A stretch of 62,175 nucleotides of DNA, filler included, from Dugesia japonica (taxonomy: Eukaryota): the NCBI GenBank assembly GCA_001938525.1. It is 5 parts of 5 records of this genome, joined end to end, with 100 filler letters (N's around TTAATTAATTAA, not from the genome) between each part and the next. Parts side by side here need not be neighbours in the genome. Positions count along the whole stretch, not along the records: positions 10,832 to 19,564 come from MQRL01498254.1; positions 19,665 to 41,764 come from MQRL01631779.1; 3 more parts are not named here. One strand, written 5' to 3'. A program made the translations under genes and the position numbers. Each line of letters opens with the position of its first letter. The first letter of the stretch is position 1. Below are positions 12,311 through 27,058 of this stretch, in pieces. The notes below the pieces were generated by a model. That model saw only the letters and a list, made by a program, of their open reading frames with translations. It was not told where the DNA came from and did no database searches.

Positions 12311-14453
12311 CAGGGACTGAAACCGAACCGTAATGATCTCAGGTTAGCTGTTTTTATAAACCCTGAACCCAAAAACTCAGGTTCGGGTTCATAAATATAA
12401 ATAAAATATTTCTGCTATAAAACCAAAAAAGATAACAAAAAATAGTCAACTACTAATAGTAAATAGTAGTTGACTACAATCAGTAAGTTTTTTCGTGTTT
12501 GCTAACGTTGCCTAACGAACTGTATTTGTATTGTGAGCTTCAAGTATTTTTATATTTTCAATATATATATATCTACTATTTCAAAAATATTATTTGGACT
12601 TCTGCAAAGTAGACATGTTTTTTATTTTTTGTTAAATTTAATTCTAAAATGGTTTTAACTTAAAACTTTTAAGTAAAATAAGTACTTAAATTTAAAATTT
12701 AAATTTTAAAATATATTTTAGATTTTTTGATTTTTCTAATCGATAAATGTCAGCGGTATTCACAAAAATTTATTTGTATATGATGCAGGTAAGGATGTAT
12801 CTCTATGCTCATAATGCAAATATGGAATGAAAAGTAAATACGCGACAAATCTTAAGGAAGCTCAAAATCAGCCATCAACATCATCAATAAAAGAGCCAGA
12901 ACAGAAGAAAATACACTTGAACAGTATTTGAATGTAATCAAGTTAAAAATGTAAAAAAAAGTTTCACTGATTTATGCGTGAAGTTACTAAATGTTAATGG
13001 CCGTCATTTCACAATTTTTGAGTATTCTGGCATGAAAGAAACAATCGATCCAATTATGAATGCACTCAATACCAGTTAATAATCATAATATAAGTGATCT
13101 CATCACGACAAAGCAATGGAGATAAGAAACAAAATTAAATCGGAAATATCAAAAAAAAACCAATTTCAATCAAAATTGAATTATTAAAAGATGAGGATTT
13201 AAAACTTTGACATGGGAGGTGAATATGACATAGCTGAAGCAAATGCTCTCTTCAATATTGAATAGGAAGGTACAGAACTATTAGCAAATTCACACCCAGA
13301 TATTATTCATTTCAGATGTGTTGCTCATAATGTACAGTTAGCAGTGCTCGATACTATATCTAGTCCGAATTTTAAGAAAATACTAGATCACTGCTGAACT
13401 TCTAGCTAGAAATTACGAACACTGAATATTTCTTTAATTAAGAAGTTAAACTTGAAAAAAGCTGTACTAGACTGTCAAACTAGGTGGAATTCCACTTATG
13501 ACATGATTCAAGTCCTTTTGTAATACAGAAGTTTTTGTTCGGATTTAAGGGATACTGAATGAACTATGAATTGTAGTATTTGGAATATTTATGAAGAAGT
13601 TATAGAAGTTTTTGCACCTGTTAAAAAATTAACGCTTAAACTACAAAAAAAAACAGATGAATTTAGGTGATTTTTATGGAATCTGGCTAAGTTTTAAATT
13701 AGAGCTAACAAAATATGACCGAACAAAAACATTATCCAAAGAATTTTATTCGAATATTATTAAAAGAGAAAACAATTTCATTAATAATCCACTTTTGATT
13801 GCAGCAGTATATCTAGATAGCAGATTTAGATTTATGCTAAGTTCCGAAGATATTTGCAATGCTAAGAATCAAATTTTAAAAATTCACAAAAATTTACAAA
13901 TGGAGAGAACAGAAGACAATTTTATAAGAACATCAATTTCTAGTTCTTCTTCTTCTTCAGAAGATGATGATATTTTTGAACAAGTTTTAAAAAAGAAAGA
14001 AAAATGTTCCCAAATTAATTTTGCAAATAAAAATGCCACCTCTTCTATTAATAGTTCAGTTAAAAACGAAATGGAATTATGCGAAAATTATCTAAGGCTG
14101 GCAAAAGAAAATATTTAACGATTTTGGGAGCAACATAAAATGCAAACACCATTATTATATCAAGCGGCTAAGATCATCCTCGCAGTCCTTGCTACACATG
14201 TAAGCGTGGAAAGGGCATTTTCAACTCTGAAATTTATATCTAAAAGAAGAAATCTTAAAAAATATTTAAATTATTAAATTAAACGAAATTTTTTTTGAAA
14301 AATAAATAAATAAGAGATTTTTTACGAAAAAAACATTTGTAGGTTGTACCATGTGTTTTCTTAAAATTTTAAACCCGAACTCTGAACTCACTATTTTTAG
14401 TTTGATTAAACCAAACCTGAATCCGAACCCAAATTTTCGGGTTTCAGTCCCTT
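12311..14453 (+). mobile_element. hAT DNA transposon with both ends and a decayed transposase
   Basis: TIRs CAGGGACTGAAACC / GGTTTCAGTCCCTT; 8-bp TSD GTCTGAAA / GTCTAAAA; subterminal (A)CCGAAC repeats. Transposase pieces: BED-like start, HFRCVAHNVQLAV, DCQTRWNSTYDMI, AVYLDSRF, FWEQH..LATHVSVERAFS. Confidence 0.92.
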
Positions 14454-17252
14454 GTCTAAAATATAAAAATGTTCTGTTATATATTTTAATCGCATAATAT
14501 TTGGAAAAATAAATAAATATCAATTTCTCTTGTTAATAATACAACTGTCACAAAAATATGCACCATTGTATTATATCCATTTTACTTTATGTTATTTACT
14601 TATAAAAAAACATGAAATTTCAAAATTAATGTACTAATATTTCTATGGCATTTTAAAGTTCTACAAAAATTATTATAATCATATACTGGCTTGTAAATAG
14701 CCTAAAATATTTCACCGAGTTTTTATCCGGGACAATTTTTTGCCATATAGTTTTTGATCATTTTCAATAAATCGTCTAAATTCAGCTTTAATTTAGTGAG
14801 ATAACTAGTTAAATAGGCAAGATATCCGTGGACAAATATCGACTACTCAAACAGATTTCACAATATTAAGTTAATCCAGGGACTCTACTTTTTTTGCATC
14901 ACTGCACATTCTTTTTAAAACAACCGATCAAATACAAGTAAATACAATACAATATATTTCTTTGTAATTTTTTTGTGCCACTTTGTAATTTGATTTTGTA
15001 CAAATATTATTTATTAAGCTATTTTTGTTTCTTATCAAAGTTCCTTCTATTTTTTTCATAGTTTCGCGCACAAAAATAAATTTTGGCTAAAAGAAATTAT
15101 ACAAAAATCAATTTGTACAATACAAAACTATCATATATGCATACATATTCAAACAAAAACAATAAGCTTAACTGCTTTTTTATTTTAAAATAATATTTTT
15201 TTACAATATATGATATGAAATCATTGCACGGCCGTGCACATGCTCAATTTAAAGAAAACTATGTTTAATATGCGGAAATTTTTAGTTTACTTTCATTGTT
15301 AAGATGACTGAAAAATATAAATTCAGATTTTTAAAATTTGTACTATTAATTTTAATGTCACCAATTATAAACCACATTAACAACTAATAAGTAAAAATTT
15401 TTAAATAATTAATATTTCGTAGTAATCATCCACTTTTATTTGAAATGAAATGTTAATACGAGGGAATCCGCATTAAATGAATCACATTTCTCCACCAGAT
15501 ATTTGCCCCAGCCACTTAAATCTTTTTGTTGCATAAGTGTTGATAAAGATTTCGTTTAATTGAACCACTTCAGTTTGGCGGGGGAAAGAACGAGTGAAAA
15601 AATTGCTGATTCCATTATATTACTAGAAAATTGCGTTAATCCTTAGAATAATATATAGAATGTAAATATTGATTTTTCTTTAAAATTAGAATTACTGATA
15701 TTTCTAAGTATTATATGCACAAATCCAATATATGAATGAAAATTTCAAAATATTTAATGCATTATTGAAAGCTTTGAATATGTATGTGAATCTAAGTATG
15801 CAATATAAACTTCGTAAAGAATTCTAGTAAAGAATTTTTAGATTACTGAAAATATTTGAAAATTTTAAATTCAAGTGCGATCAGTGACAATCGAGATATA
15901 ATGCTGAGAATCATTTTGAAAAATAATTGTATTGAAATATTAAGTAGTATGATTAGGAAACTGGTGTGATTTAATATGCACTATAATTCTCCAGATTAAA
16001 TGTTTGTAATGGAAAACATTTGTCACCAAATTCATATTGATATAATGGTTACTAAGGTCAAAAAAATTTTATACTCCAAAGGAAACTGAATTTACTCAAG
16101 AATTTTTAAAACATAATTTAAGTCTTGTAGGTTCTTTTTTCAATTATTATGTAAATTTTAAAAAATGCATCTAGTGTAGATATTATATATCTAAAATTTA
16201 AAATAGAAAACTATTTTAAATAAGGTGAACTCTTCAGACTTAAGCAAAAATAAAATTTTAGGTTAGGACATGTTTGTAATAAAATAAGCTACATCAATAT
16301 TTTCTGTTTCTCACTCGTAAAAAATTTTTAAATATGTACTTTTCAAATTGGCTAAACTGTAAAACGATTAGTTTTTTTTACATTTAATATATTTTTAACT
16401 AATTTGTTTACCATTTCTTGATCAAGTTTGCTTTACCCTTGCTCCTAAACAGGCTAATATCACAATTAATTTGTATAAACTCGATTATCGATAATTATCC
16501 AGACATTTTCAATTTTGTAATACATGTTATCAGTCATGCTTCGGGTCAATTAAGAAATTATATTACAGATAAATATGATCCTAAAATCTGTTTTCTTTCT
16601 ATATGAAAAAAAATTATGGCCTTAGGCATTTTTTAAAATCCGTTTTCTTCGAAACAAAAAGGCAACCCAATAACAATGAATCACTTAAAATATATTCTAG
16701 TTATCAGTATATATCATAACTGTAATAGTTTAGTCCATTCAATTTAGGCGTTGTCGTTACACCGAATTATTTTTCATTTGACATCTGATAAGAGAAATTT
16801 GTGATTTTTTTCATTGAAAAATTATTATCATTCAAATTCAAATCAATTCTCTGATTTCATTAAATAAATATGAAATCTAGTCCACATTTTCTCTTCATTT
16901 ACTCAGTAATTCCCAATAAATTCACGATATTCACATCATTTATAAATTATATTATAAATTGCGGCGATATTAATTTGGTAATTCTAACCCTGAAATGATT
17001 TGTTATTATTAATGATTTATCAATACATTTTAATATCAACGTTTACTTATTTTTAATAACTGCAAATATAATTAGTTAAATTTATTAATGGCTTACAACT
17101 TTATTTTACTTCATTTTCAACTTAATTGAGAATGTCATTTTTTAATTTTTATTATCAGAATTACTACGCGAACAATTAAACGCTTTGTATGAAATTGATG
17201 ATTAACAATATCATTTAAATGCAAATTTTCAAATTAGCAAGTATCTGTAAAT

Positions 17253-17588
17253 CAAGGGTTTCAAACTCAAACAACTATGGTGGTCAAATAAGGATTTACA
17301 ACACTACGAATAAATAAATTAATGATTTAAATATATTTAGATATAGACAGCTATATTTCTAGTTTACCATTTAAGAAAATAGCAGGCAACTTTTTATTTT
17401 TATTACTACATTATTTTATAGTTCAAATTACGTTAACCGATTTTACATACTATTTGTAAGATTTTTTGTGTATAAAAATGAAGTTATTAATTATTATAAC
17501 GAAAAAAATGAATTGAAATATGTCGATTTTTTTAAAATTCAAAAATGGGTCTCGGGACGTACAAAAATGCAGTATGTTTGAGGCATTG
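17253..17588. mobile_element. Non-autonomous hAT (Charlie-like) MITE
   Basis: Degenerate TIRs CAAGGGTTTCAAAC / GTTTGAGGCATTG with 8-bp TSD CTGTAAAT / CTGTCAAT (7 of 8 match). Confidence 0.65.
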
Positions 17589-19527
17589 CTGTCAATTATT
17601 ATATTCACTCTGGTAGAAATTCTTCCTAGTTCTACGAATTAAAGTCACATTATTTTTGAATTCTAGTATAATATTTGTAAGCTCGTAAATATTTTTGCAA
17701 TAATTATCCATATTCCAAATAAAAATGATAAAAATTGGTTTGCCAAAGAAAATATGAACAAAATGTAACATTGAATGAATTATAATGTTATATTTTGTTT
17801 CTATTTGAAATTAAATGTGATTTTTTCATTGATATTGGAAATATAAATTTTTTGTTTGATTTTATTTTTAAAAATATTATTAGAAACGTTTTACTTTAAG
17901 TAATATTTCTATAATTTGCTGCTTTTTTCTATGATTAAAAAATGTATTAATTCCAATTTTTAAATGCTTCTAAATAAAGCAGGGCAACAGAATTAAATAT
18001 ATTTAGAATGTCCGATGAAATCAAGCGGTGTCGTGAAATCTTATTAAAATAAAACTTTGTAGACAGCGATTATCATTATAAATAATTGGTTTGCAAATGA
18101 TAAAGTTCCGGTTATTGATCATATTAATTTATTTTATAGAATAGTCTTTATTTTAATTATTTTTAAAATGATAGTATTTTCAATTGAAATATTGTTTTTT
18201 TTGTACTACGAAGATTTTTTTTTCATTTATAACATCAAGAAAAATAGTCTCATCAATTAAAAATATTTATAGTATTTTACTTCGGCAATTATTTCTTTGG
18301 TATTTTAAAATAATTTCAATTAAACTGTAAATATTTTTTCTAATAAGTAAATTGGAAAAAAATAAAAATGACATTTTATTGTCATTATTCCATTTTACTG
18401 AAACTCAGTGATTATAATAAGTTTTTTTTTGAAAATAATTTTCTTCGTGTAATTTAGCTGTTTTTTTTATTTATACGTTATTTGATTGGATTGGATACAA
18501 ATATATCTTGCGGTAATGATGTATATGCCCTTTTTAAATCTTTTAAGATATTTCCAGCGAACACCAGTGATTTATTAGTATAAATGATAAAATTTGTTAG
18601 TTATTTCACATTCATTTAATATTTATTTAAGAAATTCCCATGGACCACGTGTGTTTATCAAAAAATCCAAGATAATTTTAACAAAATGGGCTGTGCTTTA
18701 TTATTGATTATTGGTTATAATTCATATTGAAATTTACAGAACTCACGAAGTCAAATTTATTAAAAAAACTGAATTAATTTTATAATTTCTAAAAATCAAC
18801 CATAATTACTATCTTGATCATATATTTTCGAGAATTCATGTTTTCCCTAGTAATTCGAGACTTTTGCCAATAAATTTATACCAATTTTGTGTCTTTAGCA
18901 ATTAATAACTTTTTAGCATTCAATTTGCAGTTTTTTTTGGCATGATTTAAGTATTAGTAGTGGCGAATTATTTGGGGATTAACTCTAAAAAAAATCTTAT
19001 ATGTTATCTTTATATATTATCTTTAGAACAATTTATTTGATGGTTGCTGAATAAGATGATATTCGAAAATATGGAGATACAATAGAAAATTTTGTTATGA
19101 TTTACGCTTTTAATTTTTAATTTAGATTATGAAAGTTGTAGAGAAAAAATCTATTCATCTATCGCACATGTTATATAATGTATTAGTAGTTAATTGATTT
19201 AATTAATTCGTTATTTCAATTTTGATTTTCCACAATTTTCTTGATAACTCACACCATTTGCAGTTGCTCGTCCCCTCCATTCAGAAAATTCTAGCTAGGC
19301 TAATAACTATAAAAAAAAAATTTTTTTTCGAATTTTTTATCCACTTTATTAGTGGTATTACGTAGTGTTATAAAGCATAAAAGTTTAAATTTTACATCTG
19401 TACACAGTTACAGCGTCCCGCTGACTAACATATTTTAACTAAGTGGCCCGAGAGATCGTTTGAGCTTCGTTATACATTTTTCGTTATAAGAAACTTCGTT
19501 ATAAGAAACTTCGTTATAAGAGTTCTG

Positions 19528-19564
<37 letters not shown>

Positions 19565-19608
19565 NNNNNNNNNNNNNNNNNNNNNNNNNNNNNNNNNNNN
19601 NNNNNNNN

Positions 19609-19620
19609 TTAATTAATTAA
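19609..19620. other. Artificial contig linker TTAATTAATTAA
   Basis: Same as the linker at 10776. Confidence 0.95.
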
Positions 19621-20402
19621 NNNNNNNNNNNNNNNNNNNNNNNNNNNNNNNNNNNNNNNNNNNNAACGACAACTAAAAGAATTGATAGAAAAATCTTAGT
19701 AAATATCAAAATTACGTAGTTAATGCACAGTGCAGGTTAAACTGTTTTTTGAAAATTTTTAATAGATAACACGCACGTTATTTGCGCGAAAATACTGTAA
19801 TATTGTAGTACAAAAAAATTTATTGAATACTTTAAAATTTTGTCATTTATAAGTTGGCAATAAAAAATTCAGTCTATCTTAAATAATAGTAAAGATTAGT
19901 TAAATATTGTGAATTAACTTTGTTTGTCAAGTTTGATTCACTCACCTTAGAATTTAAGACTTTTAGTACCCATAAATATATTAATAAAATAAAGTAATAC
20001 GAATTAAATTTTCTTTTTCAAACAAATCAAACAGCCAAACAATGTGAAACTTAACTTCAATTTTTATAAATTTTTATAATTACCAAATTTCATTTCTGAA
20101 AAAAATATTGCAATAAAATTTTAATTTACATTTAATTTTACTAAAATAAATACTTGAATTTTTTATTAATATTTTTATTTACAAAGTATTACAAAAAACT
20201 GTTTTTTAAGTATTTTAGAATCTAGCAAATATTTTTATCATAGTATTTGTTTTAACAATTTACTTTAATTTATTTTTAAAAATTTAAGAATCAAAGTTGA
20301 AATCTCAACAAATTTAACTCTGCAATTAATATATCTTTACTAGCATATCAATTTAACAGAATTTTTTTAAAAAATAATTTCAAATAGATAATAGGCATTT
20401 AC

Positions 20403-22258
20403 CATTTATATTTTTCACTGGCCAATAAAGTATTATTCGGATAAAGTTGGCCAAAATAAAACCGTAAGGCATCAATTATTTGTTTATTCCCATCTGGATG
20501 GTGTTGTAAATGTTTCATTAATGAACCATCAATCTCGTAATCATCTTCCGATTGAATCATGAATTCCCATGTTTTCACATTCGGATAAGACTGAAATCCA
20601 AATTCAGTGGTCATTCTTGTTACTGGATAAAGACTCTGATTCCATAAATTACCTTCATAAAGATAAAAGTGTACATCCCCAAAAAGTGGACTTTGAGGAT
20701 TAATTGACACTCCATAGTTTATCTCGCTTTCAATTCCGTTACTTGGTGAAGAAAGAATGAATGGTACATATGGATCAATCGAAGTCACTATTGGTTTAAT
20801 AGTTTCACCAAATAGATTGTAGTATCTCTTAATATTATCTGGATCCATTTGCTTGGTATTGTACCATCCTTGTGCGATTAATACTTCAATTTCATTGTTA
20901 CCGGACCAAACTAAAATAGAAGGATGTATTTGTAGATTTGTTACAATCTCAGTGACTTCTTCTGAAACTACTGAAAGGAATTGATTATTGTGTGGATAGA
21001 GAGCACATGCAAACATTAGATCATGCCAAATCATTATCCCTAATCTATCAGCTGTTTCATAGAAATGTTTGCTTTCTGGTTTGCCTCCTCCCCACAACCG
21101 AATTGTATTCATATTAGCTTGATAAACCGAATAAAGAAGAAATTCAATAAACGTATTGTTCTTCCAATTGTTTGTCAAGTAAGTTCTTGGAACCCAATTA
21201 GTTCCTTTGATGAAAAACGGTTGACAATTAATTGTAAATTCAAAGTATCTCCCGTAACTATTTGGTAAAAGTGTTTGTTTAAGAGAAACAGATCGAAATC
21301 CAACGTATTGTAATTTGAAATCGATAATATCATCTGATTTTAGTAGTGAAGTTTCCATTTCATATAATACAGGATTTCCTAAATCAAATGGCCACCATAA
21401 TTTTAAAATATTGCCATCGAGATTTAAATTAAATATAAATTTTGTAATTCCGCTTGTTTCCACAGCTAAACATTGAATGGAATCCAAATTCAAATTGCGG
21501 ATTTTATTTTTAACACAAATTTCTGATTTTGATTTATGACCCAGTAAAACAAAAACGTTTATTTTGACAATTGCTGACCAAACCGTACAATTGTCATTGG
21601 TTTTTGTTAATATATTTATATTTCTAATTTGTCCTATAATTTTATTTGTAGCGTGAAATTCAATTTTTCCTCGAATTCCAACAGCAGGTATTGAAGGCCC
21701 CCAATCCCAGCCAAACGATGCTTGCGTTCTACGAATTAAATTAATATGACAATCCCCATGGAATTCTGGCGGCCAACAGTCCGGAGGTACTTTGTAATTT
21801 ATTTGACCAGCTGTATTATTTGCCAATAATAATGGAGAAACGAAAAATAGTTTTAGAATATTTCCTGACCTTTTGACAATTGATGAATTGATAATGAAAT
21901 CTTTGGAAATGAATTCACTAAAAGTAGATCCAATAAGGTGACCATTGAGTGAGATTATTGGTTGAATGTCTAAACCAGATACGTAGAGTGAAATAGATTC
22001 CGTTTCGTCAAAGCAGAATGGTTCACTTTGAAACGTAAAATTTTCATTACCAATCCATCGATATTTGATATCATTAAAACGTTTCCATGGCCAATCAATT
22101 TTTGAATGTTGAAACAATACACTAAACGTGTCAACTGGCGAAGAAACATTTTCAATGTGGATTTGACGATTAGCATTGAAAATCGTCCATTTTGATAATT
22201 CCAATGACTCAATATTATATAAATTTAATACAAACAAAACGATCAAAATAAATTCCAT
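20403..22258 (-). CDS. MANBA: Lysosomal beta-mannosidase (GH2), large first exon; later exons not found in this window
   Basis: Signal peptide MEFILIVLFVLNLYNIES; SFGWDWGP, KGTNWVP, NMNTIRLWGGG, IMIWHDLMFACALYP, VWSGNNE (acid/base) and TEFGFQSYP (nucleophile). The ORF ends at a splice donor (TG|GTAAAT, 20402) and is shorter than full-length enzymes. The contig ends at 19665. Confidence 0.93.
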
Positions 22259-22369
22259 TGATTAATTATGATACGTGAACTTTGAATTTACAAATTCATT
22301 ACCAAATAAATATGAAAATACACAGTTAAAATTTTACTAAGCTTTATGTCTAATTTGATAAGTTCTTTA

Positions 22370-23300
22370 TTTAGAAATTTGACGAATAGATGAGTTATCA
22401 ATTTTAAAAAGTCCTTAAATTCCAAATTCGGGTTTGTTGTAATTTTGTACATTTTTGGATTTCTCTGCAAAGTGAATTTTTGGTCTCAAATGTATTTTTA
22501 CTGTAAAATATATTTATGCAATTTGGACATCAGATTGACTGAATTTACACAAAACGTCCATTTTTTGAATCCCTATTCACCAGTCTATTTAAATCCATTA
22601 CTGTATTGTAATGATAACTTCCACCATCTTCAAGCAATAAAAGATGAATTTTCTGTCCGTCTTCAACTTTTGATCGATAAATAATGCCTAAATTCGGATG
22701 CTTCATAACAACATAAATATCATCTTTAATTGATTGTGAGTTTCACATAAGGACATTGATAGACTCCTGAATTTGGCTTCTGAAATTTTTGGATTTTTTC
22801 TAGCTTCATGAACATTTCCGTTTTTGGTCACATACCAATTCATNCATGTATTTTTATAATTTGATAATCGACACCTTTGATATTCATCAACTTCATCTCT
22901 TTTTAGATTAGCAAGTATATTGTAAATGAAGCACATATTATCCTAATTCTTAACATTGACTTTCTTCTTCTTTTCAACATTTTTCGGGGTTGGAATATAA
23001 TTTCTTCTTAAAAGCATGCTGATATTACTAACTTTTGTAATTTTAAAATCAATTTCGGGAATATGAGTAAGTGTTCAGCTACTACCTTTCTCATTTCTTA
23101 TCGTAATCTTTTAAATTAAAGCCGTAATAACTTCGGTAAAAACTGAACCACTAAGGGAGATAGCAAAATGTGAAATTTGACATGTTTTAGTCTCCTCGTC
23201 CTTTATAAATTCAACATGGATAACAAATTGAATCATTCCATGTTTCAATTCTTTAATTATTTAATTTAATTTTTGTATGACCACATCCGATGAAATTGTT
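22370..23300 (-). pseudogene. N-terminal fragment of a Polinton/Maverick protein-primed DNA polymerase B
   Basis: Broken frames read KGSS*TLTHI..FKITK, NYIPTPKNVEKKKKVNVKN*DNMCFIYNILANL, LLLEDGGSYHYNTVMDLNRL, CPNCINIF and LEFKDFLKLITHLFV, in the motif order of Polinton pPolB N-termini. Confidence 0.7.
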
Positions 23301-23469
23301 GGGCTAGAAAACATAGAGTAAACGATTTGAGTTTAGAGAGCTGGTCAAGGAGATAAAAGCATAGTAGTATATGAGGTTTTGGATTTAATTGTTAGAATGT
23401 TGTGGAAAGATTATTTTTTTAATATTTGGAATTTATAAATTTGTAAATTGTAGAATCAAGATTTCATTA

Positions 23470-24830
23470 AAATAAGATAAGGCTTCGATCAAAACAAAAC
23501 AAAATTTATTTGTACAAATAAATTTTGTTTTGNNNNNNNNNNNNNNNNNNNNNNNNNNNNNNNNNNNNNNNNNNNNNNNNNNTTATTTTAATGAAATCTC
23601 AAATCCGATCAATGGTTAAGTCCAACAATTATTCTCACAATAATTGTAATTGTAGAATCAAGATTTGTATGCTGAATTAGATTATATAATTATTGTAAGA
23701 TTTAAAAGCACATTTAATGTTTTTGTATTTTGAAAAGGAGTTTATAAAAATTTTTAATTTTAAATTATATAAAAATCTTTCAAAACCTATAAAATAATCA
23801 AAATTGAAAATTATTTTAGAAAATAAAATACTAAACCTATAAAAAATATGAAAATATATTAAAATTTCAAAAATTGAAAAATCTTTTATATCTAAAAAAT
23901 CTAAAACTTTTAAATCTAACCATTAACGCCTCATACAACACTCTCTCCTAGAAATTTTTATATTGTTTAGACACAATTTTAAANTTTGAAATTTCAACAT
24001 TCGCATTACATTTACTTTTATTTTTATGCTCAGCAATATTACTACCACAACCAAAACGATTTATGCTCTTGAAACCTTGTACAGAGATGACGGATAGTCT
24101 CTCCAATGTATGTGGCATCATACCCTTGACATTTAAATTGATAAAGTAGATTAGAACACAAACCAATTTGTGTATGGGATTTATTAACAAAGCTATTAAC
24201 AATCTTATGTGAAGTCGAAACAGATTTCAGAATCGAATTCTATAACTTTGGAAACCTTTAGAATAAGGAATCTATAAAACGAATGGCCCAATACAGTTTG
24301 ATAAAGTGTTATCAGGTTCAGCATTATTCAACACAGTTTCAGTCTTTTTATCGAAATCAATATTGTTGTCAACAAATATTTTATCAATAGTCTGAGAAGT
24401 CAATTAATTTAAAAATTGTTTATTAAAACCATTTGCTTGCAGTAACTTTAAAAAAATGTTCAATGCTTTAATGGATTTTGAATAAGTCTAGGACAACGAC
24501 CAAGAACGAAATACTAAACACTTGATCATGTTCCTTTTATAAGTAAGATCACAAAAACTATTTAGGGTACCTTACAAGCCAGTATACGTTACTTCCTGTA
24601 GATTTCAGTCTCATAATGTGTTGATTTCCTTTAAATTAAAATATACAAAAAAGCAAAATACCATTTCTTTCGTCCTCTACAATAAATCTAATATAAGGAC
24701 GTAACGAATTCATAAAACTCTGGAAACGCAAAACATGTTCACGATTACCAAAAAAAGGAAAACATCGTCAACATATCTTTTGTTGAAATTATTAAACAAA
24801 AGAATTTCAGAAAGAGTATGAAACATATAA
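23470..24830 (-). mobile_element. Penelope-like retroelement remnant (RT C-terminal part plus GIY-YIG)
   Basis: RYVDDVFLFF..FMNSLRPYIRFIVEDE, YTGL..KRNMIKCLVFR and LYQFKCQGYDATYIGETIRHLCTRFQEH. Confidence 0.85.
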
Positions 24831-25090
24831 TTACTAGGAACCGCATCAGGATTGTCACCAAACGCTTTCTCTGCTTATCGACCACCTTTACTTTAATATT
24901 TTACAATAAACTATCATTCAAATCAAAATATTCTGTTTGTGATTCATTCATAAAAAACTCTACATTACTTTGTGATTCAGAAATAAAATTCATTGGAAAC
25001 ATATCTTCAAAAGCACGAAATTCAACAACTGCTTGTGGAGATACATAATTCAGCAAATCATTCATCAAATATTGTTTCACATCCTTTCAT
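24830..25090 (-). pseudogene. Second, diverged fragment of the Polinton major capsid N-terminus
   Basis: FISESQSNVEFFMNESQTEYFDLNDSLL*NIKVKVVD is paralogous to 29840-30090. Confidence 0.75.
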
Positions 25091-27058
25091 TCGTTTGTTT
25101 ATTGTATGTAGATAGAAGCGCATGGGCACAATTTGAAACCACTCGGTGGATGAAGGCTCAATTACTAATTAGGATTTTGCTGGTATTTTTGTGCTGCAAT
25201 TTTTGTGCTTGTTTTTTTTCAAAGAATTTTGGGATCAAAATGAATTTGATCGGATCAATTTTTTTTATCTGGATTAGACTTTTTTCATCCTGGAGGTGTG
25301 TGTGTGAATTTTTAATTTTGTAAATTTTTGTGAGTTTGGAAATTCAACTGTGTTAAATCAAAGAATGTCAAGTTGAGGTGTTATGTGTGGGTGTGTAAGA
25401 GTGAAATTGGACTCGATAGAGGTGGGGAGATCTTGAATTTAATTTTTTTTGGTTTTATTGTATGAGTGTGTTGGAAATAAAATACTGTCTATACATTGCT
25501 TTAAGAACATATGGGGTAGGATGGATGGTTTGGTCAACAAAGTGTGTTAGAGAACGAGCGCAATCGTATGAGTTATCGTATGTTGATTTTTGAGTCTTAA
25601 TAGGTTTGTTGGTTGTTGATGGATTTTGGTGAGGGTTGAATTTTTGGAAAGGTGATGTTATCCGGATGATGGTGGTGGTCAATTGTGCTTTGATTTCTGA
25701 TGTTTTGTGTTCAAATTTGATTGGTTAATGTTTGTAAGTAGTATAAAGGTGTTAAAAAATTTGGGAGGGGAAAGGTATATGGGCGTGAAGGGAATTAATT
25801 ATGAGTGATTACAAGATTAAATTGAATATTTTCTGTGTATTATTTAGCAGACTAAGTATTTTGCAAAGATAGGGTAGTTTTGATATTTTTCTAAGAGATT
25901 ATGGCAGTCTTGACATGTTTTGGGCAGTCTAAAATTTATTAGTTTTTTGTGCGAGGAATTTAAAAAGTTTTTTTTCTTTATCTTTTTTAATTAATTAGTT
26001 AATTAATAAATTAGTTTAAATTATTAATAATTATGTTCATGCATGGTTTCAGTAACAGTCTTATCTTCCTTCTATACCATTACATTACCTCCTCCCCTAT
26101 GCAACAGTCCAAAAGAACAAATTCATTAAGGTCAGATAGCACACGATCGAGTCCATCCATAATTGAACTTATCGACCAGCTTGCGCAGTTCTAACTAGAC
26201 TAAGCTCGATTTACGGTATGTGCATTTCTGGTAGCAGTGTTTCATTCTGTTTACATTCGCACATAAATTGAAATACGCTACTATTGTTTAAAAACAATCA
26301 ATCATGATCGTCAATAAATGACTAGACTCAGATCAGCAAAATAATAAGGAATTCCATCGCAACTAATATTTATTCAATACATGACATATTTTATAATATT
26401 TATCACATATTATACATCTTTGACACATGTTTTGACCATACAATTATGGGACCTTTAAACATCATAGACCATATTACTATGAAACCTTTAAACATCATAG
26501 ACTATATTACTATGGAAACTTTAAATAACATTTACCTAAATTTCAATTTATATTAAATTTATGTTAAATTAACTTAAAAAATTACATATGAAATATTTAA
26601 CATAGAAAATATAAATAAACCCACCATTTTTAATTTCAAATACAATTATAGTTATACGAAATTAAACAATCAATATATTTATTGATTTTTAAATTTCATT
26701 ACAATAAATGTATTTGAAATTTAAAATATAAAATACTAATTCATATTACCATAATTATAATAATTACAAGTATGGTAATATGAAATTAAGCAATCAATAT
26801 ATTTATTGATTGTTTAATTTCATATTATCATAATTGTAATTATTAAAATTATGGTAAAATGAATATAATTCATAAGATTGGAACTTTTCTTAGCAAACTG
26901 ATAAAAACATAAAACTTTTTCCATAACATATCTATTAAGCAGGGAATATTTTAAAAATAAATTCATAACAATTAATAAAATACTACTTAAATATAATAAT
27001 AAAGATATTTATCCAAACAAAATTTATTTTTCATAACAAATACAGCATATAGTCTTCA

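Noticed and set aside
20399-20402. Beta-mannosidase as a truncated pseudogene or horizontal transfer
   Set aside because: The stop lies just inside a canonical splice donor and the protein has a eukaryotic signal peptide; the missing exons are probably beyond the contig break.
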